Of a DNA stretch of 32,000 nt, positions 1 to 9,741 are shown one piece after another. Below the pieces are notes generated by a model. The model saw only the letters and a list, made by a program, of their open reading frames with translations, was not told the origin of the DNA and did no database searches. The position numbers and the translations under genes are program-made. Within the stretch, counting starts at the first letter, position 1. Each line of letters begins with the position of its first letter. Source of the DNA: Trichodesmium erythraeum IMS101. Its GTDB lineage: Bacteria; Cyanobacteriota; Cyanobacteriia; Cyanobacteriales; Microcoleaceae. Where the stretch lies: contig NC_008312.1 in assembly GCF_000014265.1 (NCBI RefSeq), positions 6,810,001-6,842,000 of the forward strand. The letters are read 5' to 3'.

Positions 1-1
1 G

Positions 2-1726
2 TATGCCATGGAAAGGGTGACTGGCACTAGTCATAGACTTGTGAGAATAGACTCAACCGGTACTGTTGAATATGTCACAAGCAGTGGTGGTACAAGTAGC
101 AACAGCGCCGATGCTTTTACTCTTACTACAGCTAACAGCTCAAAACCTGCTGCTGGAGATGTAGACGACAAGGGTTATTTATGGGTAGTCTTTAAGTCAG
201 AGGATGAGGATAGTATAAACTCATCTGTGTACCGGATCAAACTTACTGATCCAAGTCACGTCTCTACAGGTGAGATAAATACTATTTGGACTAACGTGGA
301 CTGGCATGAGATAGCAGAAGACGTAGCCTATGTTAACGCTGATGGCAAAGACTATCTTTTTGGCGTCAATAGTGTCGGTCGAATTTTCGAAATAGATATC
401 AGCGCTGCTGCTGTTGATCAGGACGTAAACACAATAACCCAGCTTGTGCCCGACATGAGTTCAAGCGTAAACATAAGGGACGCTAATGGTAATAGTACCA
501 CAAATCGGCTTATAGGCGATTTTATTAGTTTTGATCCCATCACTGGTGTTGAGCGGAGTAATTTTGAAGCAGCTTGGACTGGTTCTGAAGGGGGGTTATA
601 TGTTAGTAAGAATGGGCAAGCCTATAACATGGCTAACTTTAGTCCGGATGAACAACCGGACCGAGCGGCTGAAGAACTTGTTTCTAATACAGATGGACAG
701 AATATTAGGGAAACTGATGGTGTGTCGACGAGTGACCTAAGCTCGGTTTTCCATATCCCACTAATAGACTTAAATGGCACGGAGACAGGTGATAAGAATC
801 TTGATGATGTAGATTATGATGCAGGTACGTTTACAGAAGGTGATCCTGCGGTTGATATAGTCGAGACGACAACTGGCACGGTTCCAAATCCAGAAAATCC
901 CTCAAATCCCGTTTTTAACAATGGTCTAATTATCAAGGATTACATAAATATAAGCGACCCTGATAATATTACTACTGCTACTAATAATAATAACAGTGGT
1001 GTTGTTTCTGCTGGCGATAGGTTAGCTACAGCAACTGTTACCTTGACTAATGCCTATGATGGTGACGAGCTGTTAGTTAGTAGTGCTACCGTGGCAGATG
1101 GAGCATCAACAACCGTAGGAAGTATAACTATTGCACGTGCAGGTACAGGAAATACGGCGGGAACTAATAATATAGCTCTGACTCTTACACCTACAACAGG
1201 AACTACAGCTAGTGTAGATGATTTTAACGCAGCAATTAAAGCTATTCAGTTTAAAAACACTAGCGAGGCTCCAAACAATACAAACAGAACTATACAGTTT
1301 GTCCTCACAGATGCAGATGGTAACACATCAGATGAAATTTTCGGCCCAGATAGCGGCGGTCGGAAGCATACTACAACAGTCGCTGTTCAGGCAGTCAATG
1401 ACGCTCCCGTATTAGACTTAGATGGGAATAATAGTAGTACCGCTACAGGCAGTGACTACAAAACAACTTTCACAGAAGGCGGAGGAGCAGTAGCCATAGG
1501 AGACAGCGATGTTAGTATCACAGATGCAGATGATATCAACATAGAGTCAGCCACAATAACATTAGGCAGTCGACCAGACGGAGATACAGTAGAAAGCTTA
1601 TTAGTCAACGGTACACTACCAGGAACAATATCAGCAGGTGCTTATGACAGTAGTACAGGAGTCATAACACTCACAGGCAGCGCTACATTATCTCAGTATC
1701 AGGCAGCCATAGCCCAAATACAATAA
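2..1726 (+). CDS. Giant repetitive surface/adhesin-like protein, upstream segment (5' end outside the window; ends at a frameshift-generated stop)
   Basis: The frame is open from the first bases of the window (Tyr-Ala codons precede the ATG at 8), so the true start is probably upstream. The last third carries the module VNDAPVLDLDG..TFTEGGGAVAIGDSDVSITDADD.NIESATITL..DGDTVESLLVNGTLP..TLTGSATL..YQ.AIAQIQ, which recurs in the next ORF. The TAA at 1724-1726 arises where paralogous copies read CAATATAACAAC and this copy reads CAATAAACAAC. Confidence 0.8.
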   Translation, partial: YAMERVTGTSHRLVRIDSTGTVEYVTSSGGTSSNSADAFTLTTANSSKPAAGDVDDKGYLWVVFKSEDEDSINSSVYRIKLTDPSHVSTGEINTIWTNVDWHEIAEDVAYVNADGKDYLFGVNSVGRIFEIDISAAAVDQDVNTITQLVPDMSSSVNIRDANGNSTTNRLIGDFISFDPITGVERSNFEAAWTGSEGGLYVSKNGQAYNMANFSPDEQPDRAAEELVSNTDGQNIRETDGVSTSDLSSVFHIPLIDLNGTETGDKNLDDVDYDAGTFTEGDPAVDIVETTTGTVPNPENPSNPVFNNGLIIKDYINISDPDNITTATNNNNSGVVSAGDRLATATVTLTNAYDGDELLVSSATVADGASTTVGSITIARAGTGNTAGTNNIALTLTPTTGTTASVDDFNAAIKAIQFKNTSEAPNNTNRTIQFVLTDADGNTSDEIFGPDSGGRKHTTTVAVQAVNDAPVLDLDGNNSSTATGSDYKTTFTEGGGAVAIGDSDVSITDADDINIESATITLGSRPDGDTVESLLVNGTLPGTISAGAYDSSTGVITLTGSATLSQYQAAIAQIQ

Positions 1727-3570
1727 ACAACACCTCGGAAAACCCAGACACCAGTGCTCGGACCGTGACCGTAGTGGTGAACGATGGTAATGTTGATAGT
1801 AACACAGCCACAACAACAATAAATATTACTCCAGTCAATGACGCTCCCGTATTAGACTTAGATGGGAATAATAGTAGTACCGCTACAGGCAGTGACTACA
1901 TAACAACTTTCACAGAAGGCGGAGGAGCAGTAGCCATAGGAGACAGCGATGTTAGTATCACAGATGCAGATGATATCAACATAGAGTCAGCCACAATAAC
2001 ATTAAGCAGTCGACCAGACGGAGATACAGTAGAAAGCTTATTAGTCAACGGTACACTGCCAACAGGAATAACAGCGAGCAGTTATGACAGTAGTACAGGA
2101 GTCATAACACTGACAGGTAGCGCTACATTAGCTGACTATCAGACAGCCATAGCCCAAATACAATATAACAACACCTCGGAAAACCCAGACACCAGTGCTC
2201 GGAGCGTGACCGTAGTGGTGAACGATGGTAATTTTGATAGTAACACAGCCACAACAACAATAAATATTACTCCAGTCAATGACGCTCCCGTATTAGACTT
2301 AGATGGGGATAACACAGGGAATGACTACACAACAACTTTCACAGAAGGCCTAGGAGCAGTAGCTATAGGAAACAACGTTGGTATAGCAGATGAAGATGAT
2401 ACCAACATAGAGTCAGCCACAATAACATTAGGCAGTAGACCAGATGGAGATACAGTAGAAAGCTTATTAGTCAACGGTACACTACCAACAGGAATAACAG
2501 CGAGCAGTTATAACAGTACTACAGGAGTCATAACACTCACAGGCAGCGCTACATTAGCTGAGTATCAGACAGCCATAGCCCAAATACAATATAACAACAC
2601 CTCGGACAACCCTAATACCACCGATAGGACAGTGACCGTAGTGGTGAACGATGGTGATGCTGATAGTAGTACAGCCACAACAACAATAAATATGACTCCA
2701 GTCAATGATGCTCCAGTATTAGACTTAGATGGGGATAATAGTACGACAACAGGCAGTGACTACATAACAACTTTCACAGAAGGAACGGCAGTAAACATAG
2801 GAGACAGCGATGTTAGTATCACAGATGTAGATGATAGCAACATACAGTCAGCCACAATAACATTATCGAACATACAAGACGGAGCATCAGAAAGCTTATC
2901 CGCCGGTACACTGCCAACAGGAATAACAGCGAGCAGTTATGACAGTAGTACAGGAGTCATAACACTGACAGGTAGCGCTACATTAACTGACTATCAGACA
3001 GCCATAGCCCAAATACAATATAACAACACCTCGGAAAACCCAGACACCAGTGCTCGGAGCGTGACCGTAGTGGTGAACGATGGTAATGTTGATAGTAACA
3101 CAGCCACAACAACAATAAATATTACTCCAGTCAATGACGCTCCCGTATTAGACTTAGATGGGGATAACACAGGGAATGACTACACAACAACTTTCACAGA
3201 AGGCCTAGGAGCAGTAGCTATAGGAAACAACGTTGGTATAGCAGATGAAGATGATACCAACATAGAGTCAGCCACAATAACATTAGGCAGTAGACCAGAT
3301 GGAGATACAGTAGAAAGCTTATTAGTCAACGGTACACTACCAACAGGAATAACAGCGAGCAGTTATAACAGTACTACAGGAGTCATAACACTCACAGGCA
3401 GCGCTACATTAGCTGAGTATCAGACAGCCATAGCCCAAATACAATATAACAACACCTCGCAAAACCCAGACCCCACGGATCGGACCGTGACCGTAGTGGT
3501 GAACGATGGTGATGCTAATAGTAACACAGCCACAACAACAATAAGTCTTGTTCCAGTCAATGACCCAGTC
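1394..3570 (+). repeat. Array of five in-frame coding repeats of ~426-441 bp (cadherin-like modules)
   Basis: The anchor GTCAATGA(C/T)(G/C)C (codons VNDAP/VNDP) occurs at 1394, 1834, 2275, 2701, 3130 and 3556. The spacings are 440, 441, 426, 429 and 426 nt. Long stretches are nearly identical at the nucleotide level. Confidence 0.9.
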
Positions 3571-4512
3571 CACTTTGATTTTAATGCTGATGGAGTGGCA
3601 GACATTCTCTGGCGTCATAAAAGTCTCCAAAATGGACCTAACAGGATCTGGTTGATGAAGAATGACGGCACACGGGATAGTATCGTTAACCCTGGATCTT
3701 TTGGTTCAAATTGGAATGTAGAAAGAGTGGGAGATTTCAATGCAGATGGAGTGGCAGACATTCTCTGGCGTCATCAAAGTCTCTCATCTGGACCTAACAG
3801 GATCTGGTTGATGAAGAATGACGGCACACGGGATAGTATCGTTAACCCTGGATCTTTTAATTCAAATTGGAATGTAGAAGAAGTGGGAGATTTCAATGCA
3901 GACGGAGTGGATGACATTCTCTGGCGTCATAAAAGTCTCCAAAATGGACCTAACAGGATCTGGTTGATGAAGAATGACGGCACACCCGATAGTATCGTTA
4001 ACCCTGGATTTTTTGGTTCAAGTTGGAATGTAGAAGAAGTGGGAGATTTCAATGCAGATGGAGTGGCAGACATTCTCTGGCGTCATAAAAGTCTCCCACA
4101 TGGACCTAACAGGATCTGGTTGATGAAGAATGACGGCACACCCGATAGTATCGTTAACCCTGGATTTTTTAATTCAAATTGGAATGTAGAAGAATTGGGA
4201 GATTTCAATGCAGATGGAGTGGATGACATTCTCTGGCGTCATAAAAGTCTCTCACATGGACCTAACAGGATCTGGTTGATGAAGAATGACGGCACACCCG
4301 ATAGTATCGTTAACCCTGGATTTTTTAATTCAAATTGGAATGTAGAAGGAGTGAGAGATTTCAATGCAGATGGAGTGGATGACATTCTCTGGCGTCATCA
4401 AAGTCTCCCAAATGGACCTAACAAGATCTGGTTGATGGAGAATGACGGCACACGGGATAGTATCGTTAACCCTGGATCTTTTAATTCAAATTGGGATATA
4501 GCTGGAATGTAA
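1765..4512 (+). CDS. Same giant protein, downstream segment: cadherin-like ~142-147-aa modules followed by six FG-GAP/VCBS-type propeller blades
   Basis: This frame is open back to ~1720 and reads ..NNTSENPDTSARTVTVVVNDG, which continues the module interrupted in the upstream ORF. The GTG at 1765 is only the first start-like codon. The repeated VNDAP(V)LDLDG modules are typical of bacterial cadherin-like adhesin repeats. They are followed by six 52-aa repeats, GDFNADGV.DILWRH..GPNRIWLMKNDGT.DSIVNPG.F.S.WNVE, which is an FG-GAP/VCBS blade signature. Confidence 0.85.
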   Translation: MTVVVNDGNVDSNTATTTINITPVNDAPVLDLDGNNSSTATGSDYITTFTEGGGAVAIGDSDVSITDADDINIESATITLSSRPDGDTVESLLVNGTLPTGITASSYDSSTGVITLTGSATLADYQTAIAQIQYNNTSENPDTSARSVTVVVNDGNFDSNTATTTINITPVNDAPVLDLDGDNTGNDYTTTFTEGLGAVAIGNNVGIADEDDTNIESATITLGSRPDGDTVESLLVNGTLPTGITASSYNSTTGVITLTGSATLAEYQTAIAQIQYNNTSDNPNTTDRTVTVVVNDGDADSSTATTTINMTPVNDAPVLDLDGDNSTTTGSDYITTFTEGTAVNIGDSDVSITDVDDSNIQSATITLSNIQDGASESLSAGTLPTGITASSYDSSTGVITLTGSATLTDYQTAIAQIQYNNTSENPDTSARSVTVVVNDGNVDSNTATTTINITPVNDAPVLDLDGDNTGNDYTTTFTEGLGAVAIGNNVGIADEDDTNIESATITLGSRPDGDTVESLLVNGTLPTGITASSYNSTTGVITLTGSATLAEYQTAIAQIQYNNTSQNPDPTDRTVTVVVNDGDANSNTATTTISLVPVNDPVHFDFNADGVADILWRHKSLQNGPNRIWLMKNDGTRDSIVNPGSFGSNWNVERVGDFNADGVADILWRHQSLSSGPNRIWLMKNDGTRDSIVNPGSFNSNWNVEEVGDFNADGVDDILWRHKSLQNGPNRIWLMKNDGTPDSIVNPGFFGSSWNVEEVGDFNADGVADILWRHKSLPHGPNRIWLMKNDGTPDSIVNPGFFNSNWNVEELGDFNADGVDDILWRHKSLSHGPNRIWLMKNDGTPDSIVNPGFFNSNWNVEGVRDFNADGVDDILWRHQSLPNGPNKIWLMENDGTRDSIVNPGSFNSNWDIAGM
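3577..4512 (+). repeat. Six exact-period 156-bp (52-codon) tandem coding repeats (FG-GAP blades)
   Basis: GATTT(T/C)AATGC(T/A)GA(T/C)GGAGTGG starts at 3577, 3733, 3889, 4045, 4201 and 4357. Six units of 156 nt run exactly to the stop codon at 4510-4512. Confidence 0.9.
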
Positions 4513-4534
4513 TTTCTTGCATAGGAATTACGCA

Positions 4535-4700
4535 ACTAGAGAGTACAAAGTTTTTCTCAAAAACGATTAGCTGCTCCAACTGAAAGCTTTATTGGATAAG
4601 GTTGATAGCACTTCAAGTTGAGAACATAAATTTTCTGATCTTGACATTGCTGAAAGCCTTACCTTCCAATATTTATTTCCCTAGTTTTGTACTCTCTAGT
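4535..4700. repeat. MITE-like element or long hairpin: perfect 15-bp inverted repeats flanking 136 bp
   Basis: ACTAGAGAGTACAAA at 4535-4549 is the exact reverse complement of TTTGTACTCTCTAGT at 4686-4700. The interior holds two copies of CTGAAAGC(T/C)TTA. The element lies 23 nt after the adhesin stop codon. Confidence 0.4.
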
Positions 4701-5247
4701 AAAACAATAATGCTTCAATGCTTCAATATTTATTTGCAGTATATGTGGATGGTAATAGGAATGTATATGTTATCAGTACTGCAAGCTCTGTAAACTAAGT
4801 CGCCCTGTACCTCAACAATAGCAGGAATAATCTCAAATTAGCAGACTTCTGAGTGTGACCAGAAACCAAATTGATGGGAAACAGGTGTCAGTATGGTAAA
4901 GCCTTTCATATCAACTCGGAATTATCTGCTTTATTGAGGGCTGGCTGATTAATTTTCAGAGCATTAACACAAATTATCCTTGAGCCAAATTCTCCACCAC
5001 GAGTAAAAGTACCAGAAGTTCAGTAGCTCAAGCTGATGCACAGATAGAATTTTGCGTATACCTATGCCGAAAAATTAGGTGACAATTCTTACTAGACCGG
5101 ACCTGGTGACTAAGCCACTTATCTGTCCCTCTGTCCTTCCCTCCTTCCTGAGGTAATTTTTATGAAAATATTTTTATAAAAATATTGTAACTCCCATTTT
5201 ACTATATGTTTAGGTAAATATTTAAACTTTTGTTTTTACTCCCATTG

Positions 5248-5275
5248 TTGACGATATGAAACCTTGAAATATTAT
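5248..5275 (+). promoter_or_regulatory. Candidate sigma-70-type promoter for the first TRAP binding-protein gene
   Basis: TTGACG at 5248-5253, a 16-nt spacer and TATTAT at 5270-5275, about 45 nt upstream of the ATG at 5319. The background is AT-rich, so a chance match is plausible. Confidence 0.25.
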
Positions 5276-5318
5276 ATGGTATAAGTAGAAGACGTTAAAA
5301 TATTCATAGTACCAAACA

Positions 5319-6425
5319 ATGAAACGAAGAAAACTCATTAACCATATCGCAACTGCTACAACTGTCGCAACTTTAGCAGCTTGTAATCAAACTACCACTC
5401 AATCTGTTTCTACTGATAGCTTACCTTCTGTAAAATGGAGAATGACCACAAGTTGGCCTCGCTCCCTAGATACAATTTTTGGTGGGGCACAAACAATATG
5501 CGATCGCGTCGCAGCTATGACCAACGGCAGATTTACCATTACTTCCTATTCTGCAGGAGAAATAGTCGGAGGTTTAGAAGTTCTAGACGCTGTCCAACAA
5601 GGTACAGTACAATGTGGCCATACTGCAAGTTACTACTATGTAGGCAAAAACTCAGCCCTTGCCTTTGGTACCTCTGTCCCCTTCGGATTAACGGCCCAAC
5701 AACAAAATGCTTGGTATTATCATGGTGGAGGACTAGAAATCATGCATAAGCTGTACTCCGACTTTAATATTATTAATTTTCCTGCTGGTAACAGTGGAGT
5801 CCAGATGGGAGGTTGGTTCAGACAAGAAATTAACACTGTTAGTGATCTAAATGGTTTAAGTATGCGCATCCCTGGTTTCGGTGGTGAGGTCATGAAAAAA
5901 TTAGGTGTAAATGCTCAAGTATTACCTGGTGGTGAAATTTATTTAGCTTTAGAACGAGGTGCCCTTGATGCTGCGGAGTGGGTAGGTCCTTATGATGATC
6001 AGAAATTAGGCTTACAAAAGGCAGCAAAATATTATTATTATCCTGGTTGGTGGGAACCCGGTCCTACTTTTGAGGTGCAAATTAATCTCAATGAATGGAA
6101 TAAACTACCAAAGGAATATCAAGAAGTTTTGAAAACTGTTGCATACCAAGCTAACATTAGTATGCTTGCCCAATATGATGCTTTAAACGGAGTAGCATTA
6201 GCAGAATTAATAGCAGGCGGTACAGAGTTACGCCCCTACAGTCAAGAAATTTTACAGGCAGCACAGAAAGCTGCTGTTGAATTTTACGAAGAAAAAGCTA
6301 CTCAGGATACAACTTTTAAAGAAGTCTATGAACAGTGGAAAAAGTTCCGAGAACAGATTTATAAATGGAATACTATTAATGAATTGAGTTTTGCTCAGTT
6401 TACCTTCAATAACTCCCTAAAGTAA
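5319..6425 (+). CDS. TRAP-transporter-type periplasmic solute-binding protein (DctP-like, COG4663-like), predicted lipoprotein
   Basis: 368 aa. The N-terminus [22 protein letters not shown] has a twin-Arg-like signal plus an L-A-A-C lipobox. The core W.MTTSWP...[18 protein letters not shown]....[50 protein letters not shown] matches my memory of TRAP DctP-family binding proteins. Confidence 0.8.
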   Translation: MKRRKLINHIATATTVATLAACNQTTTQSVSTDSLPSVKWRMTTSWPRSLDTIFGGAQTICDRVAAMTNGRFTITSYSAGEIVGGLEVLDAVQQGTVQCGHTASYYYVGKNSALAFGTSVPFGLTAQQQNAWYYHGGGLEIMHKLYSDFNIINFPAGNSGVQMGGWFRQEINTVSDLNGLSMRIPGFGGEVMKKLGVNAQVLPGGEIYLALERGALDAAEWVGPYDDQKLGLQKAAKYYYYPGWWEPGPTFEVQINLNEWNKLPKEYQEVLKTVAYQANISMLAQYDALNGVALAELIAGGTELRPYSQEILQAAQKAAVEFYEEKATQDTTFKEVYEQWKKFREQIYKWNTINELSFAQFTFNNSLK

Positions 6426-6641
6426 ACTCAGAATTCATTTCTGTTATTAGTTATCAGTGCCTAACCCTGAAGTCAGAGGACTCATATACTCAATCAAATA
6501 TTTTTTTGACTGTCCCAGTGCAGACTATTATCCTAGTTTTTCCTCAGAAGTAAAATTCGTAGCACAAACTAAATTTGAGAAACCCGAGAATGTTCTAACC
6601 ACTCTAGGGGTTGCTATAAATAAATCATACATAAATGAACA

Positions 6642-7727
6642 ATGAAACGTCGAAGTCTAATTAGTTATACTACTGTTGCTGCTACAACTGCCCTGGCTTT
6701 ACCTGCATTTAGTCAAACCAAATTCCCACAGATAAAATGGAAAATGACGACAAGTTGGCCAAAAACTCTCAATACTTTATTTGGTGGAGCCGAGAAGATT
6801 TGCGATCGCGTAGCAGCTTTAACCAATGGTAGATTTACTATTACTCCCTATCAAGCTGGTGAAATAGTAGGAGGGTTAGAAGTTTTAGATTCTGTACAAC
6901 AGGGTACTATAGAATGTGGTCATACTTGTAGTTCTTACTATAAAGGCAAAAACTCGGCCTTAGTTTTTGCTACCAGTGTTCCCTTCGGTTTGACTGCCCA
7001 ACAACAGAATGGGTGGTTATATCATGGAGGGGGTTTAGAAGCTATACAAAAAGTTTATACTGATTTTAATGTGATTAACTTCCCGGCGGGTAACACAGGG
7101 GCGCAAATGGGTGGTTGGTTTAGGCAGGAAATTAATACTTTGGCTGACCTCAATGGTTTAAAGATGCGCATTCCTGGTTTGGGAGGAGATGTAATGAGCA
7201 AGTTGGGAGTAAATGTTCAGGTTTTACCAAGTGGGGAAATTTATTTGGCTTTGGAAAGAGGTGTCATTGATGCTGCTGAGTTGTCGGGGCCTTATGATGA
7301 CCACAAATTGGGTTTGTATAAGGCAGCAAAATATTATTATTATCCTGGTTGGTGGGAACCTGGTCCGACTATTGATATATTGGTTAATCTAGATGCTTGG
7401 AACAAACTACCAAAAGAATATCAAGAAATTTTTCAGACTGCTGCTTATGAAACTAATTTGAATATGTTGGCTCAATATGATGCTTTGAATAGTAAAGCAT
7501 TGCTAAAATTGATGGCAAAAGATGTCCAATTCAAGACTTTTAGTCCAGAAATCATGGAAGCTGCTCAGAAAGCTACTTTTGATATCTGTGAGGAAAATGC
7601 AAGTCAAGATGAGAGTTTTAAGGAAGTTTATCAACAATGGAAAAAATTTAGAGAACAAGTTTTTAATTGGAATAAGTTTAATGAATTAAGTTTTGCCCAG
7701 TTTTCTTTTAATAATTCCTCAAGCTGA
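6642..7727 (+). CDS. TRAP-transporter-type periplasmic solute-binding protein, tandem paralogue (signal peptidase I type signal)
   Basis: 361 aa and colinear with the preceding ORF; most positions are identical by eye. Signal MKRRSLISYTTVAATTALALPAFS-Q. A HIP1 site sits at the homologous ICDRVAA codons in both genes (5500-5507 and 6802-6809). Confidence 0.8.
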   Translation: MKRRSLISYTTVAATTALALPAFSQTKFPQIKWKMTTSWPKTLNTLFGGAEKICDRVAALTNGRFTITPYQAGEIVGGLEVLDSVQQGTIECGHTCSSYYKGKNSALVFATSVPFGLTAQQQNGWLYHGGGLEAIQKVYTDFNVINFPAGNTGAQMGGWFRQEINTLADLNGLKMRIPGLGGDVMSKLGVNVQVLPSGEIYLALERGVIDAAELSGPYDDHKLGLYKAAKYYYYPGWWEPGPTIDILVNLDAWNKLPKEYQEIFQTAAYETNLNMLAQYDALNSKALLKLMAKDVQFKTFSPEIMEAAQKATFDICEENASQDESFKEVYQQWKKFREQVFNWNKFNELSFAQFSFNNSSS

Positions 7728-8478
7728 ACTCAGAACTCAGAACTCAAGTTATAGCTGTGATACTGTTAAGATTTGAAAAATTCCCAACTTTGAGCCTATT
7801 ATACTAATTTCAAAAATACGTTACACATAGTCAAACCAAGAAAATGATTTTACAGGAGATGCCTATTTGACAAAAAAAAAGAATTTATGGCATAAAAAGT
7901 GGTATTGAAACGATTTATTATGAATTATGAACCCATACTCCTGATTTATAAAAAATTTCCTATTTATTTGTAGCAAATATTTATTAAATTTAGTAATATT
8001 AATTTAGATGAAGGAGAGTAGCGATCGCTCCAGTCAAAATAGTTACAGTAAATGCTTGATGCTTTTGGGATGGGTCTATTTTAGGAAGAGTAATTTTAAT
8101 TGCATATCAATAAAATTTCATTTTCATTCATGATTATGCAGAAATTAGTAGGGAGCAGTATAAAATCTGCTTTGAAACAATACACATTACTTCATCATGA
8201 GTCTGCAATAACTAGTAATTTACCAAAAATTACTGTGAGTTGAAAGCCTCACCCTTCTTCGGCGACTTTTTACTTAACTTTCTTTACAATACATAAGTTA
8301 TTATATTATTAACTTAGTCACCTTTTGGGCATTCACTCCTTCAAAAAATGGACGTAGAGGTAACATGAGCAAAGGTAAAACTCACGATGGTTTGGAAGTA
8401 CCGAATCTAGTTTATCATATTCTGTAGTGGTGCATGGTATTAAGTTCAAAATTGTTAACCCGCACCTTCTGAGCTCTA

Positions 8479-9270
8479 CTATGGTGATGGTGGTTGAGGA
8501 AATTTTCTTTTCTTTACTTCTAAACTATATTCTTTAACTGCTTGAGTAATAGTCTCTCGCAAGTTAACATAAGGTTTAGCAAAAGGTGGCTGCCAATGGG
8601 AAAGCCCTAAAACATCATTAATCACTAATATCTGACCATCACAATAGGCACCTGCACCAATACCAATAGTAGGAATAGAAACTTTTTCTGTAATCTCTTT
8701 AGCTAAATCTGCTTTAATATGTTCTAGAACTAGGGCAAAAGCACCAGCTTCTGCCAAAGCTAGAGCTTCTGTTAAAATACGCGCACTAGCATCAGGAGCG
8801 TTGCCTTGTTGAGGATAACCTCCAAATTGATGTACAGATTGGGGAATTAGGCCAATATGACCCATCACAGGAATACCTATTGACGTTAGTTTCTTAACAG
8901 TTTGAGCGATCGCTTCATTACCACTTTCTAGTTTGACAGCTTGAGCTCCTGTTTCTTTTAGTATTCTTCCTGCTGAATGTATAGCTTGTTGGGGACTTTC
9001 CTGATAAGTTAAAAATGGTAAATCTACCACCATTAAAGCTTGTTTTACAGCTCGTCGTACTGCTTTAGCATGATGAATCATTTCCTCAAGAGTCACTGGT
9101 AAAGTTGTTTCATAACCTAAAGTTACCATTCCCAGAGAATCTCCCACCAGAATTAAATCTACTCCAGCATTGTCTAAAAGTTGAGCGATCGTATAATCAT
9201 AAGCTGTCAGAGCTACTATTGGGCGACCTTTTTGTTTCCATTGAATTAATTGTTTAGTTGTAACTGCCAT
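8479..9270 (-). CDS. panB: 3-methyl-2-oxobutanoate hydroxymethyltransferase (ketopantoate hydroxymethyltransferase)
   Basis: 263 aa. ..[39 protein letters not shown].. and ..[13 protein letters not shown].. are classic PanB motifs. Confidence 0.9.
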   Translation of the reverse strand: MAVTTKQLIQWKQKGRPIVALTAYDYTIAQLLDNAGVDLILVGDSLGMVTLGYETTLPVTLEEMIHHAKAVRRAVKQALMVVDLPFLTYQESPQQAIHSAGRILKETGAQAVKLESGNEAIAQTVKKLTSIGIPVMGHIGLIPQSVHQFGGYPQQGNAPDASARILTEALALAEAGAFALVLEHIKADLAKEITEKVSIPTIGIGAGAYCDGQILVINDVLGLSHWQPPFAKPYVNLRETITQAVKEYSLEVKKRKFPQPPSP

Positions 9271-9741
9271 TTTCAGTTAAGTTAACCGCTTTGCGGAAGT
9301 TAAAAATCAAAAATCAAAACATATGACTTGATTGATTAATCAAGGACCTTGCAAAAACGACAGAGGTTTTTCCATCTCCACTGACGAATTTAAGAACTTG
9401 TGTAAGGCTAAACACAAGTCAAAAGTCACAATTTAAAATTCAAAAATTATCTCTCAAAGAGTTTTTCCTCCAGAAATGCTCCGGAAAAAGAATTTACCAA
9501 TATCCGCGCCTTAAGTGAATAGTACTATATCAAGTAGTTTTTTTGCTCAAAAGTTAAAAGTCAATTTTTCATCTAGAATTCAGACAAAATACTTATAGGG
9601 AGTTGAGCACAAATTTTAATCATCTAAGAAATGATCAAAAAAACCTTAAGCTCTTGTAGTGTGGGTTAGGCAGGTTTATGACTGTAATCTTTTATAATGC
9701 TATACAGGCCGCAAGCAACCAAATAGCAGGATTTTTTGCTT

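Noticed and set aside
531-1415. ORFs 531..740 and 1218..1415 (+) nested in the adhesin gene
   Set aside because: They lie in alternative frames inside a long ORF with clear repeat and motif structure. Their products are low-complexity and they have no RBS, so I treat them as spurious.
1700-1770. Programmed ribosomal frameshift or phase-variable switch at the adhesin break
   Set aside because: There is no slippery heptamer, no homopolymer or simple-sequence tract, and no downstream structure. The lesion is a single missing base relative to four paralogous copies, so mutation or sequencing error is the simpler explanation.
3409-3630. Antisense ORFs 3409..3630 and 3420..3605 (-)
   Set aside because: They lie opposite the repeat modules of the adhesin. 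They are a by-product of stop-poor repetitive sequence.
4602-4793. ORF 4602..4793 (+, TTG start)
   Set aside because: It overlaps the MITE-like element and an AT-rich spacer. It has no RBS and its product is hydrophobic and low-complexity.
5435-5749. ORF 5435..5749 (+)
   Set aside because: It is in an alternative frame inside the first TRAP binding-protein gene, and the Arg/Ser-rich product is typical of an off-frame translation.
6457-6645. ORF 6457..6645 (+, GTG start) between the two binding-protein genes
   Set aside because: It has a non-ATG start, overlaps the start of the next gene, and I recognise no motif. The region more likely contains the promoter and 5' UTR of the second gene.
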